From Octopus vulgaris (Eukaryota), in the NCBI GenBank assembly GCA_951406725.2, contig OX597840.1, forward strand, positions 38,440,001 to 38,504,000: a stretch of DNA of 64,000 nt, given 5' to 3'. The notes below the pieces were generated by a model. That model searched no databases. It saw only the letters and a program-made list of their open reading frames with translations, and was not told the DNA's origin. This document shows, in pieces, positions 58,523 to 64,000 of the stretch (position 1 is its first letter; each line of letters begins with the position of its first letter). A program made the position numbers and the translations under genes.

Positions 58523-59053
58523 GCGTTTCTATAATATGATGAAGTCTGGCGATTATATCAGCCGGAATGTTCTGTTAGCAACAATCAAAATGAGGACAAA
58601 TAGACGTTAAATGTAAATAATGTACATAATTCTTCATCTCTTAAATATAGAACAAAACTTTAATTATTACCTAACACACCTCCAGCATTACATACACATA
58701 TGTATGTGTGTGTGTGTGCGTGTGTGTGCGTGTGTGTGTGGCTCACAACAATTGTCTATCGATGTAAGATTGTTACAAGCCTTGAGCAAACCAGAGACTG
58801 TGCTGATAGATATTTCAGACATTTGGTACACAATGAAAACTTCTGGAGCTTCCTTATTACAGATCAAATTTCTTAAACGTTCGCTCATATTGCTTCCGTT
58901 AGCAGATATTCCATTCAAATTTTGCTTGAAGAAGAATATTCAAGTCAAAACATCAAGATAGATCTCCGAAATCAGGTTTAAAATGCTCTGAGTAAAACTT
59001 CTAGGCGAATTGTTATTTCGGTTGTCTAGCCCTCTCGTTAACTCTCTCACATC

Positions 59054-59101
59054 GTCTCTGATGAAGGGACATCCTTAATATTCCAGAAACAGCTGTAAGG
59101 C
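59054..59101 (+). ncRNA. Type I hammerhead ribozyme motif
   Basis: gtct-CTGATGA-a-gggacat cctta atattcc-a-GAAA-cagctg-TA-aggc; palindrome ACAGCTGT, GUA triplet. Confidence 0.7.
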
Positions 59102-59302
59102 TACCTTACCCTTCATAAACGCCCTATGAATTTCACACATCCTTGGCTTTGTGGTCTTATTTTATTTAATATATACATGCTCACGTAAGACCCGCATTAG
59201 ATGCCTCACTCGTATTACTATCGAGACGAGAGTCTAACAACCGTGCTCTCGTAGCAGTTACATAGCTTTGCCTGCCATCGTGGGTCTTCTGGAGACCAAT
59301 GC

Positions 59303-59342
<40 letters not shown>

Positions 59343-59366
59343 GAGAGAGAGAGATATCAGATACAC

Positions 59367-59419
<53 letters not shown>

Positions 59420-59452
59420 CATAGATAGATAGATAGATAGATAGAGAGATAG

Positions 59453-59885
59453 ACAATTTTCTTTATTGGCCACACAGGGCTGCACACAGATGGGACAAGT
59501 TACAAGGTAGAGCTTTTCTTCTGGGGGATGAAAAAAACAAAAAATAAAAAAAACAAAAGAAACAAAAAAAGCGTGGCGTAGGTTTTCGATCAAAAGGGAT
59601 CGTAAAAGGGAAAAAAAGATAAAAAAAGGAAAAGGAACAAAAGAAAAGAGAAATGAAAAAAAGAAGAAAAAAGGGGGGAAAAAGGGGAAGAGAAAAAAAA
59701 ACGGTCAATAGGGATCGTGTATCACAGTGTTATAATATATGGTGTAAAGGGGAAAGCAAGTAAGGTTTATCCGTGGGGAGAAAAGCCTACGAAAAAGACC
59801 ACGGTGACCTTGGTCAATATTGTGATACGTTACCACATTTGTTTGCAAGTGGGTAACCCTCTGTTTTCAATTTCTGGGTTCAGAA
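59453..59885 (-). mobile_element. Probable LINE 3'UTR fragment inserted in (GATA)n
   Basis: Minus strand is T/C-rich and ends ggccAATAAAgaaaattg-(TCTA)n; GATA tract on both sides. Confidence 0.5.
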
Positions 59886-59959
<74 letters not shown>

Positions 59960-60051
59960 GTAAAGTACATCCATCGATCAGTTTGCCGTTTTGAATTTCA
60001 ACTATAAGCGTTATCCTGGGACAAGTCTCGAGGTATTTTATAGAAAATTAG

Positions 60052-60214
60052 CAAGCGTGCCTGTGTGGTAAAAAGACTGTTTCCTACGCACATGGTCGCG
60101 GGTTCAGTTCCACTGTGTGGAACCTTGGGAAAGTATTTTATGATATAGCCTCAAGCCGACCAAATTCTGTGAGCATAGTTGGTAGAAGGAAAATAAAAGA
60201 AACCAGTCGTATAC

Positions 60215-60245
<31 letters not shown>

Positions 60246-60601
60246 TGTATGTATGTATGTATGTATGTATGTATGTATGTATGTATGTCCGTATGTGTGT
60301 ATGTATGTATGTATGTATGTATGTATATATGTATGTATGTATAAATAGATGTATCTTTCCTTTGTTCACAATTAACAAGGAAAAATTAGATAAACAGTTA
60401 CCAGGGTAGCAAAAAATCACACAAGTAAAAAGGGTGTAACACCTTGTTTTTTAAAGTTAGAACCTCCGGGTTTATATAAAATATTTTGTATAATATATAT
60501 AAACAAATATATGTCGGAAGTAAAAGAATTTGAATAATACCTGCGTTTAACTCCATTTATTTATTTATATATATGTTTGTATGTAGGCAGGTAGGTAGAT
60601 G

Positions 60602-60633
<32 letters not shown>

Positions 60634-60922
60634 TGTATGTATGTATGTATGTATGTATGTATGTATGTATGTATGTATGTATGCATGTATTTCGTGTGTG
60701 AGTTTTTGTGTCCATGTTTGTACCCTGCCACAATCGCTTGACAACCGATGTTGGCGTATTCAATTGCCCGTAACATAGCGGTACGGTAATAATGACCGAT
60801 AGAATAAGTACTAGGTTTACAAATAATAAGTTCTTAGGTTGATGTCTCCGACTAAAACCCTGAATGAGTGTGCTCCAACATGGCCGCAGTCAAATGATTG
60901 AAACCAGTAAAGGAATAAAAGA
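60052..60922 (+). mobile_element. CORE-type SINE split by an expanded internal (TATG)n and a ~210 bp insert
   Basis: Head 60052-60212; tail 60700-60922 matches 30735-30930. Confidence 0.7.
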
Positions 60923-61844
60923 ATACACACACACACACACACACATACACACACATACACACACACACACACACACACAATACCTTCATATAACGATGCA
61001 CTATGATAAATAGTTGAACAACATTGCTACAGATATGTTATACCGTTTCTGTATATATTATGTTTCCAGCCTAACATATAATTTTTCGGTACCTGTATTT
61101 ATAGTCTTCATTTCTTGAAGCTGTACTTACAATATTTGCTGAACTGTTCTAAACATTTGTTCTTAGAATAACTACCCACAAAATATTTCAAATTTATTAT
61201 TCATAAGCTCCTGTAATATTTAATTTTGTGGTGCAATTTGATGACATCTTGTATGCAGTTTTTATGCACTGGTGCATCGCGGTCGTTTGTTTTATATTTT
61301 TCATCGAAGGACGCATTACTTGTGTTTAGTTCATATTTTTAAGTGAAAATTACGATAAAATTTTAAAAGAAAACAAATTATTCTGCCAGACAAACCTCTA
61401 TATCTCTTTAACAGTAAGTTAATTGGAGCAGATATCCAAAAGTAACTAATTATCTAATTATTACTGCGAAGTACACCAAAGAAATTTATTTGGATAATGT
61501 TTGAAATAAATTCGAGTTCGCAGACAGTAAAATCACTTTTACAAGCTCTTAACATTAATAAATAAATATATTCATTATTTGATTAATTAATTAATGGTTT
61601 TATTAATTAATGATATTCTTCCAGACGTTGGAATATAACCTAAACTAAAATTAAATAACACAACTCAAGCAGCAAATCCACAAAATGCACTCACATTAAA
61701 AGAACCGACGAGAAATATGAAACACGAAGCAAGAACGGAAAACAGACGCACTGCACTCAGAAATGGACTCAAATACTTCCGTCTTCCAGAAACTGAAAAA
61801 TGTAAACTGTTACACAAAGAGAACACATCGATATATACCTGACA

Positions 61845-62074
61845 GGCGGCGAGCTGGCAGAAACGTTAGCACGCCGGGCGAAATGCGTAGCCGTATTTCG
61901 TCTGCCGTTACGTTCTGGGTTCAAATTCCGCCGAGGTCGACTTTGCCTTTCATCCTTTCGGGGTCGATAAATTAAGTACCAGTTATGCACTGGGGTCGAT
62001 ATAATCGACTTAATCCGTTCGCCTGTCCTTGTTTGTCCCCTCTGTGTTTAGCCCCTTGTGGGTAGTAAAGAAAT
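61845..62074 (+). mobile_element. Young Meta-like SINE monomer with TSD
   Basis: TSD atatatacctga at 61831-61842 and 62075-62086. Confidence 0.92.
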
Positions 62075-62119
62075 ATATATACCTGATAGTGGGGTAGGAT
62101 TTCCTATGATATTATCCAA

Positions 62120-62498
62120 AACTACCACAACTTGTGGCTTCATGATTGCGCAGTGAATGTGCTAGACTGGAAACTGTGCGAAGTGTGAGGGCGAAAGAGA
62201 GGTAAGACGTGGTATGAGCACGAACCGCAGTGTGGCGCAGTCGGAAACTGGCAAAAAAACCTCTGGGATTTCCTAATCCAAACAGGTGCTAGAACATAAG
62301 AGACCGGACGTAATGGTGGTGGACGCAGTACATCACATTAAGCTCTATAGTTGATACTGCATACCCCTTTGAGATACGAATAGTCAAGAATGAAGGACAA
62401 AGGATAGATAAGTACAACCCTCTTATGTACGAAATAACCCGGCAATGGAAAAAGAAGGTGAAAATAGTGCCAACTATTTGTGTGTCCTTTGGAAAAGT
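62120..62498 (+). mobile_element. Decayed R4/Dong-type REL endonuclease fragment
   Basis: LWDFLIQT..EHKRPDVMVVD...DKYNPLMYEITRQWKKKVKIVP. Confidence 0.75.
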
Positions 62499-62505
62499 CA
62501 TCATT

Positions 62506-62539
<34 letters not shown>

Positions 62540-62586
62540 CCACCACTACCTTCACCACCACAAATACCACCACCACCACCACCGCC

Positions 62587-62618
<32 letters not shown>

Positions 62619-62679
62619 CACCAACACCACCAACACCACCACAAATACCACCACCACCACCACCATGATCATCATCACG

Positions 62680-62728
<49 letters not shown>

Positions 62729-63592
62729 CCATCAGCATCATCATCATCATCATCATAATTATCATTATAATTACCATAATCATTATCCCCATTATGATCA
62801 TCATCGTCATCATTGTCATCGTCGTCGTGAATCGTCATCGTCATCAAATGAAGATGGTTAAAGTCGATTGGCCAACCAGCCTCAAACAGATCTAATTCTT
62901 CCAGCAGAACTTCACAATCTATAAAACGTCATATGCGTCTCGTACAATACATTCGCTGATATCTTTAGAATTAATGGGATTAAGAGAAAATACTATTTAG
63001 ATTATTGTCTTAATAATAATCCCAACCGCCGTCGTTTCAATATCATTACCATATCTTCATCATCAACGCCATCGACAACGCCATCACCGTCGTCAACACC
63101 ATCATTGTTGCTCATTATTATGTCCTTGTTTGGTCATGCTGTCGCTGATGATGATGATGATGATGAGGAGGAGGATGATGATAATGAAGAAACTAATTAT
63201 CATCATCGCCGTCGTTTTTCACTATCTTCATCATCATCATTATCATCATCGAAAACATCATCATTATCATCATCATCATCATCAACATCATCTTCAATAT
63301 TATCATCATCAACATCCTCATCAACATCATTGTCATCATCATCAACATCATCATCGTCATGGCCACAGTCAGCGTCCTGGTCGTTGTTAACACAATTTTT
63401 AGCGTCATCGAAAGCGAGCAAATCATCAAAAACATCTTCATCATCATCATCATCACCATCATCGTCATCTTGTCATCCTCCTTCTCATTATGATCATCAT
63501 CATCATCACCATCATCGTCATCTTGTCATCCTCCTTCTCATTATCATCATCATCATCATCGCCATCATCAGCATCTTGTCATCATCATCACC

Positions 63593-63626
<34 letters not shown>

Positions 63627-63831
63627 CCATCATCAGCATCTTGTGATCATCATCATCATCATCATCATAATCATCACCATCATCATGATCAACATCATCA
63701 TCACCATCACCATCATGCTCCGAACCACCCTTGCTATTATCAGTATAATCTATATATTAGTCATCAGCTACATCGTTAATTATCATACTTCACTCTTTCG
63801 TAATCAGCCTCTTCATCATATTATAATTATC

Positions 63832-63902
<71 letters not shown>

Positions 63903-64000
63903 CTTATACCACATTATCTTTGAGAAAGAACAACTGATGGTAGTAGTAGTAGTAGCAGTAGTAGTAGTAGTAGTAGTAGTAGTAATAGTAGTAGTAGTAG
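62499..64000. repeat. (CAT)n/(CAC)n/(ATT)n/(GTA)n low-complexity region
   Basis: Direct inspection; short unique spacers lie between the tracts. Confidence 0.9.

Overview
AT-rich, microsatellite-saturated eukaryotic non-coding DNA. The SINE families, Dong/R4, Penelope and CR1/L2-type relics and (TA)n/(AAT)n/(GATA)n tracts resemble a cephalopod (Octopus) genome; this is an inference. I found no intact protein-coding gene. Almost all listed ORFs are microsatellite translations, and the rest are decayed transposon fragments (Penelope RT, Dong/R4 RT and REL endonuclease, CR1/L2-type and RTE-like LINEs, pogo/Tigger, mariner, a hAT MITE, a Helitron-like element). The main unexplained signal is about 10 minimal type I hammerhead-ribozyme (HHR) motifs in at least 6 unrelated short repeat families, most with a palindromic stem/loop III. 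They usually abut microsatellites, and two families sit inside long fold-back structures. Two diverged members (24.5 kb and 34.2 kb) share a downstream hairpin array with compensatory changes. There is also a speculative HDV-like fold at the 5' end of an RTE-like element at 3.74 kb. All folds were read by eye; no folding or database search was run.
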